From Promethearchaeota archaeon (lineage in GTDB: Archaea > Asgardarchaeota > Hermodarchaeia > Hermodarchaeales > Hermodarchaeaceae): DNA of 64,000 nucleotides. Below are positions 47,357 to 57,708 of the stretch, in pieces. Made by a program: the position numbers and the translations under genes. How positions within the stretch are numbered: position 1 is the stretch's first letter; the number at the start of each line of letters is the position of its first letter. The notes beneath the pieces are model-generated. The model ran no database searches. It was not told where the DNA came from and worked only from the letters and a program-made list of their open reading frames with translations. Location of the stretch: assembly GCA_048938385.1 (NCBI GenBank), contig JBHLMG010000009.1, positions 31,076-95,075 of the forward strand. Direction: 5' to 3'.

Positions 47357-49216
47357 GTGAACATTATGAGTCCTTCAGTTGTGACATTGGATGGCCAATC
47401 CTTATCCCTTGCGAATGTGGTTGATGTTGCCCGAAATTATGCTAAGGTGAAATTAAGCGTTCAAGCTCAGAAGAAAGTAGACGCTACTGCCCAATTGGTT
47501 TCTCAATGGGTTAATTCTGGAAAAATCATCTATGGTGTAACTACAGGTTTTGGACCCTTCAGTGAAGTTATCATTCCACTTGAGAAAGCTCGTGAGCTGC
47601 AACGAAATCTGTTACTCAGCCATGCTACGGGTGTAGGGTCTCCATTTCCTACTGAAGTGGTTCGTGCAGCGATGCTCCTTCGCGCCAACACCTTAACCAG
47701 TGGGTATTCAGGGATTCGACTACAAACTCTTGAACTTCTCATAAGTCTTCTGAATAAACGCGTTCATCCCATTATCCCTGAAAAGGGTTCTGTGGGAGCA
47801 AGTGGTGATCTTGCTCCTCTTTCTCATCTAGCACTCGTTCTCATCGGAGAAGGAGAAGCGGAGTACAAAGGAACTGTCCTCTCCGGGGCTAAGGCCCTCA
47901 AAAAAGCTGAACTTGCACCTATCGAACTAGAACAAAAGGAAGGAATAGCTCTAATTAATGGTACTCAAATCACCACCGCTATAGCGGTTCTAGCACTTGC
48001 AGATGCAAAGGCTTTGGTTAATTCCGCTGAAATTGCTGCGGCTTTATCGATAGAGGCATTAGAAGGTGTCCTTGATGCTTACGATGAACGGATTCATCAG
48101 GTACGCCCACATCCTGGTCAGATACAATCCGCAAAGAATCTGGCTTCATTATTAAAGGGTAGCTCGTTGGTTATCACATCAAAACAGCGTGCCGAACAAG
48201 CCACCAAGGCTGCCACTCGATTTCATCAAACCTTTCCTTCAACCACACCCGACCAAAAGACGATCACAACTATTTTGGAACAGGCTATTCACACTGTCTC
48301 TGCCATCGATCACCAACTCCCTATCGAAACTCCCGCTTCTGCAGCCGTACTTGAAAAACAACGAAACCAGATTAAAAAACACTTTCAAAATATTGGTGTG
48401 TCATCTCAGGCCTTTGAAGCTGCTGTTGAAATGGTAAACACCACCAGCCGCGTGCAAGATGCCTATTCTCTTCGATGTACCCCACAAGTACTCGGAGCAG
48501 CGCGTGATGCGATCGAATATGTAGACAATGTCCTCCTCATCGAAATTAATTCTGCCACAGATAATCCACTCATATTCCCTGAATCTCGAACCTTCTTGTC
48601 TGGTGGAAATTTCCATGCGCAACCAATTGCCATCGCTATGGACCTACTTGGTATTGCAGTGACTAGCATAGGAAGCATCGCTGAACGACGAATAGCCCGC
48701 CTCATTGATGACAAACTCAGCAATGGACTCCCACTTCTTCTTGTCCATCCTCAGCTTGCTGAGCGAGGGGTTCACTACGGTCTAGGTCTTGCTCACATTA
48801 CCGCAGCTGCCTTAACAGCTGAATGCCAAACCTTGACCAGTCCTGCCAGCGTTCGAACCATTCCAACCTCAGCCAATCAAGAAGATCATGTAAGCATGGG
48901 AACTCTTGCGGCACGCCATGCCCGTGAAATCGTGCATAATATCGAACAAATCGTTGCTATTGAATTCTTATGTGCTGCTCAGGGTGTTGATATTCGTAAA
49001 ATTCACAAACCCGTTATACTTGGTAAAGGATCTAATATTGCCTTTGATTTGATTCGAAGCCATGTTCCACGAACCACTAAAGCCACAGAGAGTCCGCGTG
49101 ACCGGTTACACCAAGATGTTCTGGTTCACCGAGACATCAATATCCTTTGGGATCTTGTTCACCAACAAACAATTCTGAAGGCTGTAAAACAGCGGGTTTC
49201 AGGGTTTACCACATGA
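47357..49216 (+). CDS. hutH: Histidine ammonia-lyase
   Basis: YGVTTGFG, SH, GSVGASGDL (MIO), INGT, QDAYSLRC, SGGNFH, QEDHVSMG. Confidence 0.93.
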   Translation: MNIMSPSVVTLDGQSLSLANVVDVARNYAKVKLSVQAQKKVDATAQLVSQWVNSGKIIYGVTTGFGPFSEVIIPLEKARELQRNLLLSHATGVGSPFPTEVVRAAMLLRANTLTSGYSGIRLQTLELLISLLNKRVHPIIPEKGSVGASGDLAPLSHLALVLIGEGEAEYKGTVLSGAKALKKAELAPIELEQKEGIALINGTQITTAIAVLALADAKALVNSAEIAAALSIEALEGVLDAYDERIHQVRPHPGQIQSAKNLASLLKGSSLVITSKQRAEQATKAATRFHQTFPSTTPDQKTITTILEQAIHTVSAIDHQLPIETPASAAVLEKQRNQIKKHFQNIGVSSQAFEAAVEMVNTTSRVQDAYSLRCTPQVLGAARDAIEYVDNVLLIEINSATDNPLIFPESRTFLSGGNFHAQPIAIAMDLLGIAVTSIGSIAERRIARLIDDKLSNGLPLLLVHPQLAERGVHYGLGLAHITAAALTAECQTLTSPASVRTIPTSANQEDHVSMGTLAARHAREIVHNIEQIVAIEFLCAAQGVDIRKIHKPVILGKGSNIAFDLIRSHVPRTTKATESPRDRLHQDVLVHRDINILWDLVHQQTILKAVKQRVSGFTT

Positions 49217-49238
49217 ATCTGGACGGGTGTGAAAAAGA

Positions 49239-49733
49239 GTGGTTGACTCGAAGCTGGATCCACTGGCCAAGGCGAATGAACAGTTTTTGAGTTGGACGCT
49301 CTTTGGCCCGAAACTACTTTTTAGACTACCTCGGAATCGCACTATGACCTACCGGTTTCGTTTTCATGTAAAGAATCCGACTGATGAAACCCTACGTGTA
49401 AAGATTCAGCTTGAATCTCCTTCACCCATTTTGGTTTTTCAGGAGGCAAAATCGAAACATATGTCAAAAAGTCGACTCTACGCAAAAATTACCTCGCTAG
49501 GTCGAGCCCGCGAACAGAAAATCTCTCCTGGTCAAGAAAAAACCTTTGATTTTCCTGCCGACTATACACCTTACTTAACCCGAAACCTCCCATCGGTTCT
49601 GGTTCTCTACTTTGGTATTTTTGTCTTTGACCTGAAGGATCAAATCAAGATGCGGATCGGACCACGAAAAATAAAACTCCCAATATCTGAACAAGGTTCC
49701 AAAACAGTTTCAGTTGACGATTATGTCCTCTAG
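49239..49733 (+). CDS. Hypothetical basic beta-rich protein
   Basis: 164-aa ORF following hutH; GGGTG SD-like motif. Confidence 0.55.
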   Translation: MVDSKLDPLAKANEQFLSWTLFGPKLLFRLPRNRTMTYRFRFHVKNPTDETLRVKIQLESPSPILVFQEAKSKHMSKSRLYAKITSLGRAREQKISPGQEKTFDFPADYTPYLTRNLPSVLVLYFGIFVFDLKDQIKMRIGPRKIKLPISEQGSKTVSVDDYVL

Positions 49734-49749
49734 TGTCTTTTTGAAATAG

Positions 49750-49773
49750 TGAAAAGGGAGATCTCCCTTTTCA
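49750..49773. terminator. Perfect 24-bp palindrome between convergent genes
   Basis: TGAAAAGGGAGA|TCTCCCTTTTCA; ends in U-runs on both strands. Confidence 0.55.
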
Positions 49774-50226
49774 AAAAATCGACGGCTGAAAATGCTTGTC
49801 TCCACCATTCGGTTCAATGAAGTTGGTGTCTTCCCAACCTTCATCACAACAAGTGAGCACGATTTCTTCCCAATCACAGCACCAAGTTAGATTATACCGA
49901 CCCATTGGGAGTTTTTCAAAATAAACCCAACCATTGGGGTCAGTTGTGTAGGTGGCTAGCCAGTTCCATTCGCCACTATCCCACATGTATAAATTAACAT
50001 CAAGTCCTTCAATCGGATTTGCACAATGGCATGGGGCAACCACCTCGTCACCCCAATCGTATTCGCCGAGTAGTGGCCAGTAGCAGAAGCGTTTGTGAAT
50101 GTATCTACCGGATGGAGACAAGCCGCTTTCATCCGCTGAAATTTTGGGAAGTGTCAGTGCGAAAGCGATCGCAACAAATGTTATGGTGGTTACAAGCAAA
50201 AGGTTCGTCTTTGTATGTCGCTCCAT
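49771..50226 (-). CDS. Small exported Cys-rich protein with prealbumin/Cna-B-like segment
   Basis: N-terminal hydrophobic signal, TTDPNGWVYFEKLPMGRYNL, 7 Cys. Confidence 0.6.
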   Translation of the reverse strand: MERHTKTNLLLVTTITFVAIAFALTLPKISADESGLSPSGRYIHKRFCYWPLLGEYDWGDEVVAPCHCANPIEGLDVNLYMWDSGEWNWLATYTTDPNGWVYFEKLPMGRYNLTWCCDWEEIVLTCCDEGWEDTNFIEPNGGDKHFQPSIF

Positions 50227-50498
50227 GTTCTCTCTCCATCAACTGGGTTTAGTTTATTGGTGGAGATTATGGCGGCGATAAGCCTCCTCCCTACTCCACT
50301 TGAGGCTGGCTATTCCTCAGAACCCCTGCTGATGGTTGATTGTAGCCTAGAACTTCGTTGGAAACCACAACCTCGCCGGAGTATAGCTTCCTCCTTGGCT
50401 TAAATCTAGTGGTTTTTCTTCCAAGAGAAAATTAACGCGCTTTTTTTCATGGTTTTTGTAATATCAGAGGGAATTTTTCCCGGTTTTTCATGTGTGTA

Positions 50499-51794
50499 TT
50501 AGCATTTTTTCCGCGAATGTGTAGAAAATACCACTTTTCCTGCTTTTACAACTTTATCCACTAGATTCACACCAAAATGGTAAGGAATGTGCGCGTGGTT
50601 AGGAACATCCATAATCACAAGATCTGCTTGTTTATTGGGCTCCAAGCTTCCTATTAGATGTGATCGGTTAATCGCATGCGCAGCGTTAATTGTGGCAGCA
50701 GAAATTACCTCTGCCGGCGTCATCCGCATGTTTAGGCATGCTAAGGTCAAAACGATTTGCATCGACTCCGTAAGGCAGTTGGGATTATAATCGGTGGCCA
50801 AGGCGACTGGCACGCCTGCGTCAATCAGGCTTCGTGCTGGGGCATAGTCTTTTGCCATGATTACGAACGCCGTGGCTGGTAGCAAGACGGCAATAACTTG
50901 CGCTTTTGCAAGCGCCTGAATTCCCCTTCTAGATACTTTCAAGAGGTGATCTGCAGATACGGCTCCTACTTCTGCTGCCAGTTCAGCACCACCCATGGTG
51001 GTCATTTCGTCCGCATGGATTTTGGGGACTAGTCCTTTTTCTTTCGCCGCTAACAGAATCCGCTTGGATTGTTCAAGATTAAAGACTCCTTTTTCAGTAA
51101 AGACATCGCAAAACTCTGCTAGACCTTTTCCTGCGACGGTTGGAATCATCTTTGAGATAATTAATTCCACATATTTTTCGGGGGTTTTTTTGTACTTTAG
51201 GGGGATAACATGAGCTCCCATAAAGGTTGGAATCACATCCAAATGATGTATTAGATTCAAATCCCTAATAGCAAGAAGCTGTTTGTATTCGTGTCGTGGA
51301 TCTAAGCCATATCCAGATTTTCCTTCAACCGTCGTTGTTCCATATTCCATCATTCGATCCAATACATGTTGTCCTAACGATACTAGAGTGCTTCGACTGG
51401 CTTTCCGTGTTGCCTTCACGGTGACATTAATCCCGCCCCCTGCTTCCAGGATTTCCATGTAGGTAGCGCCTTGGATTTTTTGTACGAATTCTTGTTCTCG
51501 GCTCCCCGCGAAGGCTAGATGGGCGTGAGGATCCACAAAGCCTGGCAAGACGGTTTTTTCTGAAGCATCGATAATGCGAGGTTTACTTCCAGGTTTCACT
51601 AATCGTCGGATGTCCTTTGTGGTATCAACGGCTACAATTTGGTTCCCACGAATGGCCACAGCTCCATCTTCGATAATTCCTAGTTCGCCAAGATCGGTTT
51701 TTAATTTAGGTGCATGACTGGCTCCCGCTACTGTAACCAGTTCTGAAGCGTTTAAAATCACCATGTCTAGATGGATGCGTTCCATTAGTATCAA
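50499..51794 (-). CDS. hutI: Imidazolonepropionase
   Basis: PGFVDPHAH, EGKSGYG, FCDVF, HADE, SADHL, ATDYNP. Confidence 0.93.
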   Translation of the reverse strand: MILMERIHLDMVILNASELVTVAGASHAPKLKTDLGELGIIEDGAVAIRGNQIVAVDTTKDIRRLVKPGSKPRIIDASEKTVLPGFVDPHAHLAFAGSREQEFVQKIQGATYMEILEAGGGINVTVKATRKASRSTLVSLGQHVLDRMMEYGTTTVEGKSGYGLDPRHEYKQLLAIRDLNLIHHLDVIPTFMGAHVIPLKYKKTPEKYVELIISKMIPTVAGKGLAEFCDVFTEKGVFNLEQSKRILLAAKEKGLVPKIHADEMTTMGGAELAAEVGAVSADHLLKVSRRGIQALAKAQVIAVLLPATAFVIMAKDYAPARSLIDAGVPVALATDYNPNCLTESMQIVLTLACLNMRMTPAEVISAATINAAHAINRSHLIGSLEPNKQADLVIMDVPNHAHIPYHFGVNLVDKVVKAGKVVFSTHSRKKC

Positions 51795-51825
51795 AGAAGT
51801 CAGTTACACCTAATAAATCGACGGT

Positions 51826-52782
51826 TCACTTCCCTGAGAGCGTACTCGCATGTTTGGGATTAATTTCTGCAAGTTTTCGGTCAATAGCGACTTCGAGAAG
51901 GTTTTCCATGGAAAAGCCTTCCAATCGGAGATAGTAGTTGGCTACATCGATTAAGGCTTGTACTGGGACTAATCCGCAGAATTCAGCACCCACCACGGAG
52001 ACACCGTAGCGTGCTGCTTCGATTTTGACTAACTCCATTTGGCGATACAAGGGAGACTTTCGAAAGTCTGTGTTTGTGATACCGATTTGAGTTATTCCCC
52101 GGTCTTCCCACAAACACCCCATCGCTTTGATCCGGACCAGACCGCCTTTCTTTTTGTGAATAGCCTTTGCCACAGCTTTTGCCACTCTAAGGTCTGTGGT
52201 CCCCAGATTAATGTTCAAACCCACCATCACTTCGCGGGCGCCAGTCATGGTTGCGCCTGCCGTTGGGTGGGGTTTCGTAGGTCCAAAGGCTGGGTGGCGT
52301 TCGGGGTCTTTCATGTTTTCCTCGAGGGTTTCCCATTCGCCTTTGCGGATCCAATCAACATCACCCTTTTCAGGAGTGGTAGCTGCTTCACCATAGAGAT
52401 AGACTGGAACTTGGTGTTGGTCAGCGAAGGTTTTCCCAAACTCCTTAGCTAGCTGAATACATTCAGTGGTGGTGATATTCTTGATAGGAACAAAAGGAGC
52501 GACATCCAAAGCGCCGATTCGAGGGTGTTGGCCTTGGTGGTTTCGCATGTCGATGCGTTCTACCGCAACTCGTCCCGCATTCAGCATCGCTGTCTTCACT
52601 GCTTCAGGAGTTCCAAAATAGGTTACTACAAGCCGATTATATGCTGAATCCGCCTCATAATCAAGGAGGAAGACATCTTCAGTATTCCGAACGGCATTGA
52701 CAATGGCGTCGATTGTGGCTTGATCGTCACCGACGCTAAAATTCGGGACACATTCTACAATTCTTTCCATATACATGTTCAC
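51826..52782 (-). CDS. ftcD: Glutamate formimidoyltransferase (transferase domain only)
   Basis: IVECVPNFS, IDMRNHQGQHPRIGALDVAPFVP, HPTAGA..GAR. Confidence 0.9.
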   Translation of the reverse strand: MNMYMERIVECVPNFSVGDDQATIDAIVNAVRNTEDVFLLDYEADSAYNRLVVTYFGTPEAVKTAMLNAGRVAVERIDMRNHQGQHPRIGALDVAPFVPIKNITTTECIQLAKEFGKTFADQHQVPVYLYGEAATTPEKGDVDWIRKGEWETLEENMKDPERHPAFGPTKPHPTAGATMTGAREVMVGLNINLGTTDLRVAKAVAKAIHKKKGGLVRIKAMGCLWEDRGITQIGITNTDFRKSPLYRQMELVKIEAARYGVSVVGAEFCGLVPVQALIDVANYYLRLEGFSMENLLEVAIDRKLAEINPKHASTLSGK

Positions 52783-52788
52783 CTGTTT

Positions 52789-54453
52789 TTAATCGGTCAG
52801 GAAGGGAATTTTTATGCCATGTTTTTTAGCAAATTCAATCGCTTCTCGATACCCAGCATCTACATGACGGACCACACCCATTCCTGGATCGGTCGTAAGC
52901 ACTCGCAAAAGGCGTTTTTCGGCTTCTGGAGTACCATCAGCGACTGAGACTTGACCAGCTGAAATTGCGTAAGGGATGCCTACACCTCCTCCTTGATGGA
53001 GGGATACCCAAGTGGCTCCCGCAACGGCATTTATGAGTACATTTAGTACTGGCCAGTCGGCGATGGCATCGCTGCCGTCTCGCATGCCCTCGGTTTCACG
53101 ATTGGGTGAAGCAACGGATCCAGCGTCCAAATGATCGCGTCCGATGACAATCGGGGCTTTCAGTACGCCTTTGGCCACTAAATCGTTGAGGGCTTTCCCA
53201 AACTTAGCTCGTTCACTATAGCCTAACCAACAGACTCGGGCAGGTAACCCTTCAAATTGTACTTTTTTGTGGGCTAGGTTGATCCAGCGTTTTAGTATAT
53301 AGTTGTCAGGAAAAAGTTCAAGCACCAAGTCATCTGTTCGGTAAATGTCGTCGGGTTCACCAGAGAGGGCTACCCAGCGGAAGGGTCCACGCCCTTCGCA
53401 GAATAGGGGTCGAATATAGGCTTCCACGAATCCAGGGTACTTCCACTTGTTCGCATTCGCATCCCATGAGATGCTGCGGGTATGCTGTCGGAGGTTATTG
53501 CCATAATCAAAAGCAATGGTTCCCTTAGCCTGGAGCTTTAGAATTGCTTTCACATGATGGAGCATCGAATCCTTTGAATGCTGGATGTATTCTTCTGGAG
53601 CGTCTTCTCGTAGCTCATCTGCTTCTTCTTTGCTGAATCCGACAGGATAGTAACCGGTTAACGGATCATGGGCGGCTGTTTGATCAGTAATAATGTCGAC
53701 CTTTATCCCTCGCTTGACGATTTCGGGATGGGTTTCCGCAGCGTTTCCAATTAGCCCGATGGAGAGCGGTTCTCTTTTCGCAAGGGCGGCTTCAGCCATG
53801 TTTAGGGCTTCATCCAGACTGTCAGTTTTTTCTTCACAATACCCAGATCGGATGCGTTTATCGATGGCTACTTCATCCACATCCACAGCTATGACTACGC
53901 CCTCGTTAAAAGTAACAGCGAGAGGTTGAGCACCCCCCATGGCGCCTACACCTGCAGTTAAAGTGAGTTTCCCTTTTAGGGTGCCATTAAAATGACGGTC
54001 TGCAACAGCCGCAAATGTTTCGAATGTCCCTTGGAGAATACCTTGTGTGGCGATGTATATCCAGGATCCTGCTGTCATTTGTCCGAACATGGTGAGGCCC
54101 TTTTTGTATAACTTGTGGAAGTTCTCTTCTGTTGCCCAATGAGGAACAATCAGGGAATTAGCGATTAGAGCGCGTGGAGCGTCAGTATGGGTCTTGAATA
54201 CAGCCACAGGTTTCCCAGATTGTATGAGCATTGTTTCATCCGGTTCAAGTGCCAAAAGGGTTTCAATGATTTTATCAAACGCGTCCCAATTCCGTGCTGC
54301 TTGTCCGGTTCCACCATATACAATAAGGCGTTCCCAGTCTTTTGCCACATCTGGGTCTAGGTTATTTTGGAGCATGCGGAGGATGGCTTCGATTTGCCAG
54401 TTCTTACAATGTAATTTGGTTCCACGATAGGCTCGAATCGGTTTTCGAGTCAT
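52789..54453 (-). CDS. hutU: Urocanate hydratase
   Basis: [45 protein letters not shown]. Confidence 0.95.
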   Translation of the reverse strand: MTRKPIRAYRGTKLHCKNWQIEAILRMLQNNLDPDVAKDWERLIVYGGTGQAARNWDAFDKIIETLLALEPDETMLIQSGKPVAVFKTHTDAPRALIANSLIVPHWATEENFHKLYKKGLTMFGQMTAGSWIYIATQGILQGTFETFAAVADRHFNGTLKGKLTLTAGVGAMGGAQPLAVTFNEGVVIAVDVDEVAIDKRIRSGYCEEKTDSLDEALNMAEAALAKREPLSIGLIGNAAETHPEIVKRGIKVDIITDQTAAHDPLTGYYPVGFSKEEADELREDAPEEYIQHSKDSMLHHVKAILKLQAKGTIAFDYGNNLRQHTRSISWDANANKWKYPGFVEAYIRPLFCEGRGPFRWVALSGEPDDIYRTDDLVLELFPDNYILKRWINLAHKKVQFEGLPARVCWLGYSERAKFGKALNDLVAKGVLKAPIVIGRDHLDAGSVASPNRETEGMRDGSDAIADWPVLNVLINAVAGATWVSLHQGGGVGIPYAISAGQVSVADGTPEAEKRLLRVLTTDPGMGVVRHVDAGYREAIEFAKKHGIKIPFLTD

Positions 54454-54581
54454 GTAAATCCGTCCTTTTTTCCTGTGTAGAAGGCATTGGTCTTTCAGTC
54501 TTTAAGTGATTTTCTTAACACACTTCGAATTGCTCCTATTGACTGTAGAGCTTGTAGAAGTATTTATCCTCTAAATTTGGG

Positions 54582-55268
54582 TTGATTTGCACAGGGAGTG
54601 TATTGTCTATGTTTGAAGAACTCTTCTTCCGTATTGGGTTTCTGATTATCGCGTTCTCCTTCCTTGGGATTCGTGGCTACTATGGCCGTAAGGCTCAACC
54701 CCCGGGTCAAAAGCGAACTCGTAGAGAACGCTGGGCGGACCAAGTAAAACATGAAAGTAAGGCATTGGTCCTCTTTCGCATCATCGTGGTTTATGCTATG
54801 ATTGCCTTCATCATCATCTGGAGCTTGATCCCTTTCCTTTTACCTAGTTGGACTCAACTCATTGTTCCCAGTTGGGCTCGATGGGCAGGGGTAATAATCT
54901 GCCTCCTTCTGATCGGCGCGCTCATTTGGGTGGGTGTTCATCTTGGTCGACAAGTATCGGGAAGCTTAGAAATCAAAGACAGACACGAACTTGTCACTAG
55001 CGGTCCGTACAAATACATTCGTCATCCCATGTACTTAGTGTACCTGATTTTCAATCTTGGATTGCTGTTAATCTCTATGAACCTCATCCTGGCAATCATC
55101 ATATTACTCGGCATCATTGTGCTAATGGTACGAATTCCTGTGGAAGAGAATATGATGATTGAGCGGTTTGGTGATGCGTATCGAAAATACATGAAACGAA
55201 CAGGCCGATTATTTCCGAAACTCCAACAGCAAGAACAAAGTGAACCCCCTCCTTTTAGCGAGAAATAA
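54582..55268 (+). CDS. Isoprenylcysteine carboxylmethyltransferase (Ste14/PEMT) family protein
   Basis: HELVTSGPYKYIRHPMY, EE..FG..Y..Y. Confidence 0.88.
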   Translation: MICTGSVLSMFEELFFRIGFLIIAFSFLGIRGYYGRKAQPPGQKRTRRERWADQVKHESKALVLFRIIVVYAMIAFIIIWSLIPFLLPSWTQLIVPSWARWAGVIICLLLIGALIWVGVHLGRQVSGSLEIKDRHELVTSGPYKYIRHPMYLVYLIFNLGLLLISMNLILAIIILLGIIVLMVRIPVEENMMIERFGDAYRKYMKRTGRLFPKLQQQEQSEPPPFSEK

Positions 55269-55694
55269 TGGTCAAAAACTGCTTTTCTCAGGCTCATATT
55301 ACTCAAGAAAAAATGGGCTGCGAAAGAGGTCGTGCTTATGGCATTCCTGTTAGAATTGAAGAGGTGAAACATTACATGCACATTTTTACTGATCGAAACG
55401 GAGCCCCCCAAGTTACCAGGATCGCCAAGGTGCTGAAGTGTACACGCTATCGGAGTAGTTTTCAAGTTCCCCTCTGATTTCACTGTTTAAGGATGGTTGT
55501 CCCTCGATGTTGGTTGTTGATGATAAGATCAATGTGTTAGTGTTGTTAGGGCATTCACAGACGCTTTGTTAGTTCGGAACCCCAGGCTTCTACAGTACCA
55601 GAATTTCAGACTAAATCTTTTCTTTCAAAGTGTGGAGTATCGCGTCGTATAATACTTCGTGGGTTATTAGCATACCTTTATTATAGGCTAGGCA

Positions 55695-56540
55695 GTGGAG
55701 CTTCTTCGGTTTACAGAGCTGATACTAATGACAAATACTCGTACACTTCCAATTCTGCGATGTGAACAGGATATGTGCAAAGAGGTTCAGGATACGGTAG
55801 TTCGAGAGCAGGGGCTGCGTATCATACTTGGGGACTCCGGTGGTGAAGAGAATTTTGCATTCATTCGGACAATCCCTGGTGAACCCCGTCCATTAATATT
55901 CGGGCTGCTATACACCACACGCCTCATTTCAGGGCTTAATGATGTGCTAAGGCTCACAGTAGAAAATCAACTAGCGAAAGTGCGGGTCACTGATACCTGC
56001 GAGTTACACCAAAAACTCGAAAGGCTTCGTCCAACAATGCGCCTTGTCACTGGCGTGTGCGGTCCCGAAGAAGGTGCGTTAGGAACCTGGCAGGCCTGTG
56101 ATTTGCCACCGATAGAGTCTTCATATACTGTGGAGGCCGGGGGAATCAGACGAGCGATTCAGAGTTTGAATGCGAACATGGAGATTTATCGGGTTACAGG
56201 AGGAACTCATGGTGCTGCATTAGCTAAGTTTGATGGGTCATTGCGTGTACTAGCTGAAGATGTGGGTCGCCATAATGCTGTAGATCGCGTAATCGGGAAG
56301 GGGCTTGAGGCGAATCTTGATCTTGCATCTCTGATGCTAGTATGTACGGGTCGATTAACTTCGGATTTAGTCTTAAAAGCGGCTGTGGCTCGAATACCCC
56401 TCCTTGCTTCAATTAGTGCTGCCGTGGATTCGGGAGTTGAACTTGCCGATGCTGCAGGGATTTCACTTGTGGGGTTTGTGAGAGGTTCGCGGATGAATGT
56501 CTACACGCACCCTAATCGACTGACAATGCATGCAACCTAG
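55695..56540 (+). CDS. fdhD: Formate dehydrogenase accessory sulfurtransferase FdhD
   Basis: TGGTHGAA, EDVGRHNAVDRVIG, TGRL, LVGFVRG. Confidence 0.9.
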   Translation: MELLRFTELILMTNTRTLPILRCEQDMCKEVQDTVVREQGLRIILGDSGGEENFAFIRTIPGEPRPLIFGLLYTTRLISGLNDVLRLTVENQLAKVRVTDTCELHQKLERLRPTMRLVTGVCGPEEGALGTWQACDLPPIESSYTVEAGGIRRAIQSLNANMEIYRVTGGTHGAALAKFDGSLRVLAEDVGRHNAVDRVIGKGLEANLDLASLMLVCTGRLTSDLVLKAAVARIPLLASISAAVDSGVELADAAGISLVGFVRGSRMNVYTHPNRLTMHAT

Positions 56541-57352
56541 CGCACATAGATTTCAGGTGTAAACCGGTCGTGGAGGTCTACCTGTTCCATGCATTCATCG
56601 CATAGAGCCTCTGGATCGGCAGTGATTTTGAACTGTCTGAAGAAATGCACAATGTTAGTAATATCTCGAAGAAGAATTGGACGCCCTTGCTTCAGAATCT
56701 GGTGACGGCCTGGTCGTGATGCAAAATCGATAGCTTGAGGGAAATCAATGATCCAGGATTCTTGTCGATGGTATAAGATGTTGAAACTTGAGAGGTCGCC
56801 GTGGATGATGAACGCCCGGTATAGCGTAAAAATTTGGTCGATAATGGTCTTGAACAGGCGATTCGGATGTTCAATTGAGACGTCTTTAAGTAAAGGGGCT
56901 GCGCACCCATCTTCACCGATAAAGCTGGCAGTAAACATGTTATCGATATGGCGAGCAGGAGTGGGTACATTCACACCCGCCCGGAAGGCGCGGTCAAGAA
57001 TCCAGAATTCACGAGATGCCCAGTAGCTCATGATGTCCTTAGAAAAGCCCTGTTTTTTGCCTCCCATCTTCTTGCGCTTCCCTCCCTTCGCATGAGGTGT
57101 ATGATGAAGTCGGTAAGCTTTTAACGCGAGGGGAAACTCATGCCACAGGGCAAAGAAGACAGTAGCTTCTTTACCTGCGCTAATTATCCCTGTCACATTC
57201 GTGGCAATTTGGGTAGCGAGAGCTTCCGCTCGGACGGAAGTAAGGGTAATTTCAGGCAGGTCTTCTAATCGACCACGGAGCCCATCACCTTTACTGATTT
57301 CCCGTTGCACTTGGCTGCGTTTGGATATATATGGTGCAGGGTTATTAGGCAC
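56537..57352 (-). CDS. RIO-family atypical Ser/Thr kinase
   Basis: ISAGKEATVF, ALKAYR, IHGDLSSFNIL, IIDFPQA. Confidence 0.9.
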   Translation of the reverse strand: MPNNPAPYISKRSQVQREISKGDGLRGRLEDLPEITLTSVRAEALATQIATNVTGIISAGKEATVFFALWHEFPLALKAYRLHHTPHAKGGKRKKMGGKKQGFSKDIMSYWASREFWILDRAFRAGVNVPTPARHIDNMFTASFIGEDGCAAPLLKDVSIEHPNRLFKTIIDQIFTLYRAFIIHGDLSSFNILYHRQESWIIDFPQAIDFASRPGRHQILKQGRPILLRDITNIVHFFRQFKITADPEALCDECMEQVDLHDRFTPEIYVR

Positions 57353-57708
57353 TGTTTTTCAAACCTTGTTGATTGCTTTTTTAACAACCTCACCCACACT
57401 CTCGTTCAGGAAGAATCAATCGTAATCGACTGACAGGCTTCTCAGAGAGATGCAGGGAGATTGCGAGAGGGTCCCTAAAAAAACGGGTACAATTAGTGCC
57501 CTGCTTTGGAGGTGGCAATCATGCCTACTTCCCAAAACAGGCAAGTCAATTGTAAAGGAAATTCTAAGACCATCATAGGCAATGACACCTCCATCGGTTA
57601 TCGAATCGAGTAAGGGGCAATTCACTATTCTCTTATAAATCTATTCTCTTTCTTTTCCAAACAACTGCCCAAGCACTTAATAACTGCTAATCGTATGTCT
57701 AGGAAAGG

